In this document: piece by piece, positions 23,223 to 31,631 of the stretch
Numbering within the stretch: the stretch's first letter is position 1
Layout: each line of letters starts with the position of its first letter
Assembly: GCA_041613315.1 (NCBI GenBank)
Contig: JBFJHJ010000011.1
Span: 10,531 to 74,530, forward strand
DNA length: 64,000 bases
DNA from: Gemmatimonadales bacterium
Lineage (GTDB): Bacteria; Gemmatimonadota; Gemmatimonadetes; Gemmatimonadales; GWC2-71-9
Direction: 5' to 3'
Position numbers and translations under genes: made by a program
Notes under the pieces: generated by a model
Told to the model about the DNA's origin: nothing
Databases searched by the model: none
What the model saw: the letters and a program-made list of their open reading frames with translations, nothing else

Positions 23223-24230
23223 CTAGAAGACCGAGAACTTGAAGTATTTCCGCGGGTTGCGCTCGATGTCCGCCAACAGCTGGCGCAGTTGGATCACGGT
23301 CGCCGTGGCCTCGCGGTAGAGGGTCGAGTCCGACAGCAGGAGCCCGAGCGTGCCCCGGCCGTCTTGCAGGCGGGAGATCACGGTGTCGGCGCCCTGGATG
23401 ACGCGCACGATGCTCGCCTGGTTCTCCCGCGCGACGGCGATGAGCTCCCGGAAATCCTGCGACGCTTCACGCACACGGGCGGAGGCGGTGGCCGCGTTGT
23501 CCAGGATCGTCGTGAGCTCGCCCTGCTCGGTGGCCTCGTCCACGCGGGCCAATGACGTCTGGAGCCGCCGCGCGGCGTCCGCCAGCACGTCGGAGCCTTC
23601 CCGAAGATTGCTGCCGACCTCGCCCATGAGCGTGGCCTGCTGCTCGGTGAGCCGGTTGATGTTGTCCACGACGCCGCCGAAATCCCGAATCGCTTCCTGG
23701 AGCTCCCGCACCGCCTGGGAGTCGAACACCGTCTGCACCCGCGAGGACACCGTCTGGATGTCGGTGGCGATCCGGTTCGCCTGAGCGGTGAGCTGCCCGA
23801 TGTCGGGGAGTGTCGAGCCCGGCCAGGCGTCTTCCCCCTCGGCCAGCGCCTCCTCGAGGTCGCGGCGCACGTTGGGGTCGTCGATCGTCTGGTCGCGGCT
23901 GATGATCCCGGCCTGCCACTCGCCGAAGAGCGAGGCGGACGCGGCGATCACGGCCGGGTTGGCGGGGAGCGCCACGCCCTCGTAGATCTCCAGCTGCGCT
24001 TCGACCCAGTTGCGCTCGCCGAGGCGGATCTCGCGGACCCGACCCACCCGGACCCCGCGCAGCACGACGGGCGCGCCGGCGGTCAGTCCTCCCACCGTGC
24101 CAAAGCGCGCTCGGTGCAGCTCGGCGCGGCCCGCGAGATGCGCCTGGGAGAGCCACAGCGCGCCCGCCACCACCACGCCCGCCGCGATCAGGATCGTCGC
24201 GCCGACGACCAGCTCGTCCCGCCGCTTCAC
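23223..24230 (-). CDS. mlaD: MlaD/MCE-family periplasmic lipid transport protein
   Basis: N-terminal TM, GLTAGAPVVLRGVRVGRV MCE motif, long helical region, C-terminal NPRKY. Confidence 0.85.
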   Translation of the reverse strand: MKRRDELVVGATILIAAGVVVAGALWLSQAHLAGRAELHRARFGTVGGLTAGAPVVLRGVRVGRVREIRLGERNWVEAQLEIYEGVALPANPAVIAASASLFGEWQAGIISRDQTIDDPNVRRDLEEALAEGEDAWPGSTLPDIGQLTAQANRIATDIQTVSSRVQTVFDSQAVRELQEAIRDFGGVVDNINRLTEQQATLMGEVGSNLREGSDVLADAARRLQTSLARVDEATEQGELTTILDNAATASARVREASQDFRELIAVARENQASIVRVIQGADTVISRLQDGRGTLGLLLSDSTLYREATATVIQLRQLLADIERNPRKYFKFSVF

Positions 24231-24994
24231 GACCCCACCCCCCGGGCCGCGCCCTCGGCGTCCGCGGCCGCCTCGGGCCGCCCCTCGATGAACTGCCGCA
24301 CGATGGGGTCGTGCGTCCGGCGGATCTGGTCCACCGTCCCCACCTGCCGCACGCTGCCGCGATAGAGCATCGCGATACGGTCCCCCACGGTGTAGGCGCT
24401 CTGCATGTCGTGGGTCACCACGATTCCGGTCGCGCCAAGCCTCTCGCGGGTGCGGATCATCAACTGGTTGATCACCGCCGAGGTCACCGGGTCGAGTCCC
24501 GTCGTCGGCTCGTCGTACAGAATGTACCGCGGCTTGAGCGCGATTGCGCGGGCGATGCCCACGCGTTTGCGCATCCCGCCGGACAGCTCCGCCGGATACT
24601 CGTTCTCGACGTCGATCAACTCGACGAGGTCGAGGGACTCCGCGACTCGGGCGGCGATCTCCCGCTCGCCCAGGCGCTGTCGGAGCAGCCCGAGCGTGAG
24701 GTTCTCCCGCACGGTCATCGAGTCGAACAGCGCGGCGAACTGAAACACGAACCCGATCTGCGCGCGGAGCGCCGTCAGCCCCTCGCGGTCCAGCTGGTGG
24801 ACAACCCGGCCGTCCACCACCACCTCGCCCCGGTCGGGCTCCAGCAGCCCGACGACGTGCTTCAAGGCCACGCTCTTCCCGCTGCCCGAGTAGCCCAGGA
24901 TCACCATCGTTTCGCCGTCCTGGACCTCGAGGGAGAAGTCGTCGAGGACGCGTTTGGGGCCGAAGCTCTTGGACACGTGCTGAAAAGCGATCAC
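24227..24994 (-). CDS. mlaF: MlaF-like ABC transporter ATP-binding protein
   Basis: GYSGSGKS, FQFAALFDSM, LSGGMRKRVGIARA, YDEPTTGLDP. Confidence 0.9.
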   Translation of the reverse strand: MIAFQHVSKSFGPKRVLDDFSLEVQDGETMVILGYSGSGKSVALKHVVGLLEPDRGEVVVDGRVVHQLDREGLTALRAQIGFVFQFAALFDSMTVRENLTLGLLRQRLGEREIAARVAESLDLVELIDVENEYPAELSGGMRKRVGIARAIALKPRYILYDEPTTGLDPVTSAVINQLMIRTRERLGATGIVVTHDMQSAYTVGDRIAMLYRGSVRQVGTVDQIRRTHDPIVRQFIEGRPEAAADAEGAARGVGS

Positions 24995-25016
24995 CGCCCC
25001 GCTCCGGTGGTCCGCC

Positions 25017-25778
25017 TCACAGGAGCACCACGGCCCAAAACGCGTCGAGCACGAGGATCATCTCGGCGCTCAGGACCACGGCCCCAGTGGTCTCGCGGCC
25101 CACACCCGCAGCGCCGCCGCCGGTGCGCAGGCCCTTCACGCAGCCGATAAGCGCGATCACCATCCCGAAGGAGGCGCTCTTCACGAGGCCGAACCAGACG
25201 TCTTTCGCCTGGTAGAAGAGCCGTAGCCCCTTGATGAACTCCGCCGTCGACAGATCCAGCAGGTTGATCGCGGTGACCCAGCCGGCGGCGACGCCGACCA
25301 GCATGGAGAGCGCCACCACGACCGGGAACATCAACGTAGCGGCGAGGACCCGCGGCACGACGAGATAGGCGTAGGGGTCGTACGCGAGGGTTTCCAGCGC
25401 ATCCACTTGCTCGGTCACGCGCATCGTGCCGAGCTCCGCGGCGATGTTCGCGCCGACGCGGCCCGCCAGCGCGAGGCCCACGAGCACTGGGGCCAACTCG
25501 AGCATGACGGTCTTGCCCACCAGGGTGCCCACGAAGTACAGCGGGACCGCGCCGGAGAAACTGTAGCGGGATTGGAGAGCGAGGACGATGCCGGTGAAGC
25601 TCGAGATGAAGAGGGCGATCGGAACCGATTGCACACCGATGCGCCGCATTTGCACGACGAGGAGGCGGGCCCACACGTCGACGTCGCGCAGGCTGGTGGC
25701 GACATCGGAGAAGAAATGGCCCAAGCGTCCGAGCGCCTGGAGCCACCCCGTGACACGGACGGCGACGAGGTTTTGCAC
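25017..25778 (-). CDS. mlaE: MlaE-like ABC transporter permease
   Basis: ELAPVL…AGRVGANIAAELGTMRVTEQVDALE, GAAGVGRETT. Confidence 0.9.
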   Translation of the reverse strand: MQNLVAVRVTGWLQALGRLGHFFSDVATSLRDVDVWARLLVVQMRRIGVQSVPIALFISSFTGIVLALQSRYSFSGAVPLYFVGTLVGKTVMLELAPVLVGLALAGRVGANIAAELGTMRVTEQVDALETLAYDPYAYLVVPRVLAATLMFPVVVALSMLVGVAAGWVTAINLLDLSTAEFIKGLRLFYQAKDVWFGLVKSASFGMVIALIGCVKGLRTGGGAAGVGRETTGAVVLSAEMILVLDAFWAVVLL

Positions 25779-25909
25779 GGGGCGAATTTAGGCCGGGGTC
25801 GAGGGGGCGGCTAGTGGAACTGACGGGCGCACGCCCACGCCGCGAACGACGGTGGCCGCCCGCCGCGGGCGGCGCGGCGCCGAGCAAGGTCGGCGCCGCA
25901 GTGGGAATG

Positions 25910-26800
25910 TTACGCCGTGAAGCTCGCCAGCGCCTTCCCCACGTCGCCTTCGCGCAGCCGCTTGAGCGCCCGATCGCGGAGCTGCCGCACACGCTCGCGG
26001 GTGACGCCGAGCATACCGCCGATCTCCTCGAGGGTGTGCTCGCGCCCGCCGTCGAGACCGAAGTACAGCCGCAGCACCTTGGCATCGCGCGCCGGGAGCG
26101 TCCTGAGCGCCTGTTCCACCTCATCGCTCAAGAACCGCTCCATCGTCGCTTCCTCGGTGTCCGGCAGATCCTCGGCGATGAACCGCTCGATCAACGAACG
26201 GTCGCCGTCCGGGTCGAGGGGCGCATCGAGCCGCACCTCGCCCGTGTTGAGAGCCGCCAGCGACTGCACCACCTCGAGCGACAGACCGGTCGCCGACGAG
26301 ATCTCCTCCGGCGTGGGCTCGCGCCTGAGCTCCTGCCGGAGCGCCTCCGCGGTCTTGACGATCTTCGAGAGATCGGCCGTGCGGTTGAGCGGCACGCGAA
26401 CCGTCCGGCCCTGCCGCGCGAGGGAGGCCAGGATCGCCTGGCGGATCCACCACACGGCATACGAGATGAACTTCACGCCCTGGTCCGGATCGAACTTCCG
26501 CGCCGCGGTCAGGAGCCCCACGTTGCCCTCACCGATCAGATCGGTGAGCGGGAGGCCCCGATTCTGGTACTTCTTCGCCACGGAAATGACGAACCGGAGG
26601 TTGCGCTTGGCCAACTCCTGCATCGCCTCGGTGTCGCCCTGGCGCACACGCTTCGCGAGGGCGATCTCCTCAGGCGGCTTGAGGAGCGGCGTCTTGCTCA
26701 CCTCGAACAAGTATTGGTCGAGCAGATCGCGGTCGTCCTCGTTGACGGCGATCGCCGCCGCCGTGCGCCGACGCCGCGTCTGCTTCTCGCGCTTCACCAT
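25910..26800 (-). CDS. RNA polymerase sigma-70 factor (RpoD/RpoS-like, lacks region 1.1)
   Basis: NLRFVISVAKKY, DLIGEGNVGL, KFISYAVWWIRQ, TLEEIG…TRERVRQ. Confidence 0.93.
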   Translation of the reverse strand: MVKREKQTRRRRTAAAIAVNEDDRDLLDQYLFEVSKTPLLKPPEEIALAKRVRQGDTEAMQELAKRNLRFVISVAKKYQNRGLPLTDLIGEGNVGLLTAARKFDPDQGVKFISYAVWWIRQAILASLARQGRTVRVPLNRTADLSKIVKTAEALRQELRREPTPEEISSATGLSLEVVQSLAALNTGEVRLDAPLDPDGDRSLIERFIAEDLPDTEEATMERFLSDEVEQALRTLPARDAKVLRLYFGLDGGREHTLEEIGGMLGVTRERVRQLRDRALKRLREGDVGKALASFTA

Positions 26801-26930
26801 GTCGTCGATCTATCCCTATTGTACGCCGGCCGCCGCTGAGGCAGTCGGCGGGAGGTACCTGCCCAAACTCCGTCCACGGCGCTCATACCCCAGAGGCCGG
26901 GCGGAGGTTCACGAAGGCCCCAGGAGCTGC

Positions 26931-26959
26931 TTGACACTACCAAAACGCCCGGCTAGCTT
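26931..26959 (+). promoter_or_regulatory. sigma-70 promoter of the tRNA cluster
   Basis: TTGACA-17 bp-TAGCTT about 40 bp before tRNA-Ala. Confidence 0.6.
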
Positions 26960-27001
26960 GCCAAGTTCCCTGGCGTTCGGACCCGGGGCGCCTAATATAA
27001 T

Positions 27002-27074
27002 GGGGGCGTAGCTCAGTTGGGAGAGCGCGTGAATGGCATTCACGAGGTCAGGGGTTCGATCCCCCTCGCCTCCA
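27002..27074 (+). tRNA. tRNA-Ala(GGC)
   Basis: Cloverleaf, anticodon arm CGTGA-ATGGCAT-TCACG, G3:U70 pair, GGTTCGA T-arm; CCA not encoded. Confidence 0.96.
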
Positions 27075-27264
27075 TCGCCGCCGCCGCCCGGACACGCAGG
27101 CGCTTGCACGATCACGGGGAGCTCCAGACGCTCCGCCGCAGGTCAGCATGTGGCGGCGATCACGCTTGACGCGCTCCAAGACGTGACAGGGGCGATCTCG
27201 CGATTAGATTTCCGCGTGGCGGAACGTTGAGCATCTGAGCATCGCATCGTGCGTCTGGCGTGTC

Positions 27265-27337
27265 GCGGGAATAGCTCAGTTGGTAGAGCACAACCTTGCC
27301 AAGGTTGGGGTCGCGGGTTCGAGTCCCGTTTCCCGCT
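27265..27337 (+). tRNA. tRNA-Gly(GCC)
   Basis: GCGGGAA…TTCCCGC acceptor stem, anticodon loop TTGCCAA, U73. Confidence 0.97.
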
Positions 27338-27398
27338 CTCGGGGGCAGGGCTCACGCCCTGACCCTTCGGATGGAGGCGGCGGACGCCGCCGACTCGG

Positions 27399-27472
27399 CG
27401 CGGGGTGGAGCAGTCTGGTAGCTCGCCGGGCTCATAACCCGGAGGTCGTGGGTTCAAATCCCACCCCCGCTA
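27399..27472 (+). tRNA. Initiator tRNA-fMet(CAT)
   Basis: Unpaired C1, three consecutive G-C pairs in the anticodon stem (GGG-CTCATAA-CCC), GTTCAAAT. Confidence 0.96.
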
Positions 27473-27481
27473 TTGCAGGCC

Positions 27482-27539
27482 GACGGGCGGACAGGCGGTC
27501 CGCGAGGCACCACGCCATCTGACCGCCTGCCCGCCCGTC
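27482..27539. repeat. Imperfect inverted repeat built from 8-bp units (GGCGGACA-like)
   Basis: 27482-27500 GACGGGCGGACAGGCGGTC and 27521-27539 GACCGCCTGCCCGCCCGTC are 18/19 complementary. Confidence 0.7.
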
Positions 27540-27555
27540 CGTCTGTCCGACCCCG

Positions 27556-27629
27556 GGGCGGTTAGCTCAGTTGGTTAGAGCGCCACGTTGACATCGTGGA
27601 GGTCACTAGTTCGAGTCTAGTACCGCCCA
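27556..27629 (+). tRNA. tRNA-Val(GAC)
   Basis: GGGCGGT…ACCGCCC stem, anticodon arm CCACG-TTGACAT-CGTGG. Confidence 0.96.
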
Positions 27630-27633
27630 CTCC

Positions 27634-27707
27634 GCGCCCTTAGCTCAACTGGATAGAGCGTTTGGCTACGGACCAAAAGGTTGGGGGTTCGAGTCCTCCA
27701 GGGCGCA
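27634..27707 (+). tRNA. tRNA-Arg(ACG)
   Basis: GCGCCCT…AGGGCGC stem, anticodon arm TTTGG-CTACGGA-CCAAA. Confidence 0.96.
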
Positions 27708-27719
27708 CTGACAGCCACA

Positions 27720-27813
27720 ATCCGCACTCGGCAGTCCGCCGACCGGCCCGTCGGGGCCACGACGTTTTCCCGACGGCTGCGCGCCCGAACACTCCGGAAT
27801 GCTGATTGCGGAT
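27720..27813. repeat. Imperfect inverted repeat built from 7-bp units (AATCCGC-like)
   Basis: 27720-27738 ATCCGCACTCGGCAGTCCG and 27795-27813 CGGAATGCTGATTGCGGAT are 16/19 complementary. Confidence 0.6.
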
Positions 27814-27830
27814 CGCCAATTGCCGTTGTT

Positions 27831-27904
27831 CGGGGCGTAGCGCAGCTCGGTAGCGCGCCTGCTTCGGGAGCAGGAGGTCGCCGGTTCAAATCCGGCCGCC
27901 CCGA
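27831..27904 (+). tRNA. tRNA-Pro(CGG)
   Basis: CGGGGCG…CGCCCCG stem, anticodon arm CCTGC-TTCGGGA-GCAGG. Confidence 0.96.
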
Positions 27905-27932
27905 CTCCGATCGACCGTCAAAGTGCGTCGGG

Positions 27933-28679
27933 TTACTTGGAAACGCTCGGGCCGGCCAGCGTGAGCGGCGCGGCGCAAACCCCCGGCGCCACCACCGCCT
28001 CCCACCACCCCTCCTCAGTCGCGACCCGCTCCGGCCGACCCTGGACCCCATGGTCCTGGGCGCCGGCCGTCACAGACGACTCGCATCCGCGCAGCAGGAC
28101 ACACGCGGCGATGCCGCGCAACGCTCCGCTGCACACCGCGGCACTCACCTCGACAGGATCTCCCCACATACTCCCGGGCCGCGGAAGCAGAACGGGCACC
28201 CGAGCCGCGCGGCTCAGCTCCCAGCGCGTCCACCAACACGCAACGTCGGCGTTCACCTGGACGAACTGGAGCGGCGGCGCGTGCGGCCGGAGCGCCTCGC
28301 GAATGTCAATCCCGGAGAGGTAGCACGCGTATTCCGGCGCAGGCTCCCCCCGCTGCGGATGGTTGTGCCACAGGGCGAGGGTGGCCACTGGGCACGAGCG
28401 ATAGACCACCGAGTTGGGAGTGCTGGCATCGATCGGTGGTTGCCAGGCGAGGTCGATATAGGCGCTGTCTCCCTGCACGGCGCCGATGAGACAGCGCACC
28501 GTCTCGACGTGCAGCGTATCGGCCAACGCCCCGAGCTCGTGCAAGACATGGGGGGCGATCACGAGACGCAGCGCCTCCGCGGGCTTGGCCGCACGGGTGT
28601 CCGCCTGAGTGCTCGCCTGCTGCACACGCAGCGGGACGACGAGCGTCGCGGCCAGGACCACCACAGTTAGGCGTCTCAT
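27933..28679 (-). CDS. Exported hypothetical protein with a JAB/MPN+ (JAMM)-like motif
   Basis: Signal-like N-terminus, 'ETVRCLIG' and 'WHNHP…LSGID', [12 protein letters not shown], 8 Cys. Confidence 0.65.
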   Translation of the reverse strand: MRRLTVVVLAATLVVPLRVQQASTQADTRAAKPAEALRLVIAPHVLHELGALADTLHVETVRCLIGAVQGDSAYIDLAWQPPIDASTPNSVVYRSCPVATLALWHNHPQRGEPAPEYACYLSGIDIREALRPHAPPLQFVQVNADVACWWTRWELSRAARVPVLLPRPGSMWGDPVEVSAAVCSGALRGIAACVLLRGCESSVTAGAQDHGVQGRPERVATEEGWWEAVVAPGVCAAPLTLAGPSVSK

Positions 28680-28736
28680 GTCTCCAGCCTCCTGGATCCG
28701 GGCCTCCTCGGTGAGGCCCTCCAGGAGTGATGAAGG

Positions 28737-28751
28737 GCACGTTGCATGCCA
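28737..28751 (-). promoter_or_regulatory. Putative sigma-54 (-24/-12) promoter
   Basis: Minus strand TGGCATGCAACGTGC is GG-N10-GC, 57 bp upstream of the ATG at 28679. Confidence 0.5.
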
Positions 28752-28951
28752 TGCGCCGCCTCGTAGTGCGACGCCATAAGTCGGTGCGGTAAAATGATTT
28801 ATTGGATTACCACTGGACGGCAGAAGCCAGCAAGCCTGTGCCGCGTTACGGTACGGTAACTAACCTCGGGACGGGCAGGACTCGGGCGATCGACGCCCCG
28901 GGGCAGGGGGCCCGATGCTCGCGCGGCGTTCTTTACGCGTTTGGGCTCGGC

Positions 28952-28980
28952 TTTACCGGGGTGTCGGGCCGGGGTACCTT
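28952..28980 (+). promoter_or_regulatory. Probable sigma-70 promoter of tRNA-Arg(CCG)
   Basis: TTTACC-17 bp-TACCTT. Confidence 0.45.
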
Positions 28981-29081
28981 CTTTGGCAGGAGCGTCGGCA
29001 CGGGCTCGACTCAGGCAGCCCCGGGGAGCGGGTGGTGGATGCACATCAGCGGTGCCGTGCTCGGACTCGCCCTACCGTTTC

Positions 29082-29155
<74 letters not shown>

Positions 29156-29165
29156 TCACGGAACG

Positions 29166-29204
29166 AACGGCCCTGCAACGGGTTGGACCGCTGCGGGGCC
29201 GTTT
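29166..29204 (+). terminator. Hairpin terminator after tRNA-Arg, between convergent genes
   Basis: AACGGCCCTGCAACGG-loop-CCGCTGCGGGGCCGTT-T. Confidence 0.6.
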
Positions 29205-29302
29205 GCCATGACCCATGGTCGGACGGCCGCGCCGGTCTCGGGACCCGAAGCGTCGTGGGCCGCCCGCCGTTCCACCCTCGGCCGAGGCCGCGGCGGCATC
29301 CG

Positions 29303-31453
29303 TCATTCCGACCACAGCAGCGCCTGGAACCGTGGATCGTCCCGTAGGGAATCGAGATCGGGATCGTGCTCGATCCAGTCGCGATTGGCGAACCCCACTC
29401 GAAACGCCTCTTCCAGACATGCGATCGCCCGGTCGTGCTCCCCCTCGAGTGCGAACAGACACGCCACGTTATAGCGCACGCTTGCGTCCTCGACATCCAC
29501 CGCGAGCGCCCGCTCAGCCCACTCGAGACCGCGCGCGCGGTCCCCGATCCGGCTGAACGAGACGGCTCCCATCGTGATCGCCCGTGCGTCATCGGGGTTG
29601 AGCGCCAGGTGCCGCTCGATCACCGGGAGCGCGCGCCGGTAGGCTGAGTCGGCCGCATTTGCTTGACCCATCGCGGAGTAGCTCTGCGCCGCGAAATAGC
29701 GCGCTTCATGATCCTCCCGGACGCCGCACGCCTCCTCGAACAGCCGCGCCGCCTCAACCAGCCGTCCCTGCTGATAGCACGCGCGTGCCCATACGTAGCG
29801 CGCCTCGAACTGCTGCGGCTCCAGCTCAATCGCCCTCCGGAACGCGCGCTCCGCCTCTCTGTCACGACCCATGAGCCAGAGCACGAACCCGCGGGCGGCG
29901 TGCGCTTCCGGGAGGCTCGGATCGAGCTCCAGCGCCTTCCGACTCGCCGCGTCCGCCTGCTCCAGGTTCCTGCGGCGATGGGCATCCCGATAGAGGTGGA
30001 CCAGGAAGGAGCAGCAGTCCGCGATGCCGGCGTAGGCACGGGCATATCTCGCATCGACCCGAATCGCGCGCTTGAACATCTGGCGCGCAAAGATAAAGCC
30101 CTTCTTGCGGCGTTGGTGGAAGAACTGGAGCCCACGAAGGTAGAAATCGTACGCCTTCACCTCGGCCGTTGGCGCCTTGGTCACGGCGCGCCGCTCATCG
30201 TCTCGCAGCATCACCCGCAGGGACCGGGCGATACTCGCCGCGATTTCATCTTGGATGGCGAACACGTCGACCATCCCGCGATCATACCGCTCCGACCAGA
30301 GTTGATACCCGTCCGCGACCTTGACGAGCTGGGCCGCGATGCGAAGGCGCGTGCCGGCCTTGCGTACGCTCCCCTCCAGTACGGCGTAGACGTTCAGCAT
30401 CTCACCGATGGCCCGGATGTCCTCGTGCTTCGCCTTGAACGCAAAAGCCGACGTGCGCGACGCGACGCGGAGTCCCACGATCTTGCTGAGGGCGTTGATG
30501 ATCTCCTCGGCGATACCGTCCCCCAGGTAGTCGTTCTCGGCGTCGCCGCTCAGGTTAACGAAGGGCAAGACCGCGACCGCTGTGATGGCGTCGTCCTGCA
30601 TCGGCGTCACGAGCGCCTCCGCGAACGCCCGCAGGGTCGCGAAGCGGTCCGCCGGTGCCTTGGCGAGGGCGGTCGTCACTGCCCGGGTGACGTGCGCGGG
30701 CACGCCCGGGCGCACGGTCACGAGCGGCGGAATGGCGTCCATCACATGGCGGGCGAGCACCGCCCGCGCCTGGCGTCCCATGAACGGCGGCTGTCCCGCG
30801 AGCATCTCATACAGCACACAGCCCAGCGCGTACTGATCGGCGCGGCCGTCGATTACCGTGTCGCCGCTCGCCTGCTCGGGGCTCATGTACTCCGGCGTCC
30901 CGATCGCGAGGCCGGCCTCCGTGATCGGCTCGTCGCCCGCTGCCGAGATGGCCCGGGCGATGCCGAAGTCCGTCACGACCGCATGGCCTTCCTCGAGGAG
31001 GATGTTCTCAGGCTTCACATCCCGGTGCACCACGCCGTGCTCATGGGCGCAGGCGAGTGCATCGGCGGTCTCACACGCCAGGGTGATGGCCGCCTCGAGC
31101 GGGAGCTGCCCCTCCCGAAGAAGGCGGTGCCGGAGCGATCCACCCGCCACGTACGGCATCACGTAGAAGAACACGCCGTCCTCGACACCGGATTCGTGGA
31201 GCGGGAGGATGTGGGGGTGGGTGAGGCTCGCGGCGATCTCGATCTCGCGAACGAAGCGGCTGGCCGCGAGGGACGCCGAGAGGTCGGGGCGCAACATCTT
31301 CAGGGCGACATGGCGCCGATGCCGCAGATCCTGCGCCAAGTAGACGACCGCCATCCCCCCGGCGCCGAGCGGCCGCTCGACCGTGTAGCGATCGCCCAGG
31401 ACCGCTTGCAGGCGGGCCAACGGGTTCGTTTCACCGGCGTTTGCGTGGGCCAC
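29303..31453 (-). CDS. Hanks-type Ser/Thr protein kinase with TolB-N-like domain and TPRs
   Basis: GAGGMA, VALK, HRDVKPEN, DFG, GTPEYMSPEQ; AVAVLPFVNLS TolB-like domain; TPRs and C-terminal DPDLDSLRDDPRF. Start approximate. Confidence 0.93.
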   Translation of the reverse strand: MAHANAGETNPLARLQAVLGDRYTVERPLGAGGMAVVYLAQDLRHRRHVALKMLRPDLSASLAASRFVREIEIAASLTHPHILPLHESGVEDGVFFYVMPYVAGGSLRHRLLREGQLPLEAAITLACETADALACAHEHGVVHRDVKPENILLEEGHAVVTDFGIARAISAAGDEPITEAGLAIGTPEYMSPEQASGDTVIDGRADQYALGCVLYEMLAGQPPFMGRQARAVLARHVMDAIPPLVTVRPGVPAHVTRAVTTALAKAPADRFATLRAFAEALVTPMQDDAITAVAVLPFVNLSGDAENDYLGDGIAEEIINALSKIVGLRVASRTSAFAFKAKHEDIRAIGEMLNVYAVLEGSVRKAGTRLRIAAQLVKVADGYQLWSERYDRGMVDVFAIQDEIAASIARSLRVMLRDDERRAVTKAPTAEVKAYDFYLRGLQFFHQRRKKGFIFARQMFKRAIRVDARYARAYAGIADCCSFLVHLYRDAHRRRNLEQADAASRKALELDPSLPEAHAARGFVLWLMGRDREAERAFRRAIELEPQQFEARYVWARACYQQGRLVEAARLFEEACGVREDHEARYFAAQSYSAMGQANAADSAYRRALPVIERHLALNPDDARAITMGAVSFSRIGDRARGLEWAERALAVDVEDASVRYNVACLFALEGEHDRAIACLEEAFRVGFANRDWIEHDPDLDSLRDDPRFQALLWSE

Positions 31454-31631
31454 GGCGACCAACGAAGCAGTTCCGCAAAGTCCCGGCCGCACCCCACCCC
31501 AACGCGTAGCCTTCGCCCGATCACGTGAACCGGGAATGAATCGAAGGTGAACCACCGATTCACCGAAACCGGGGCGACGCGCGACGACGTGCCGCAAACC
31601 GCCGCGGCGCCCAACCGGTGGACGCCCGCCG

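Noticed and set aside
27482..27813. Possible CRISPR array in the tRNA spacers
   Set aside because: The repeats are short 7-8-bp units in inverted arrangement with no repeat-spacer periodicity, and there are no cas genes.
29303..31453. Ser/Thr kinase-TolB-TPR as a novel system
   Set aside because: This architecture is common and expanded in such genomes, and no dedicated partner gene is adjacent.
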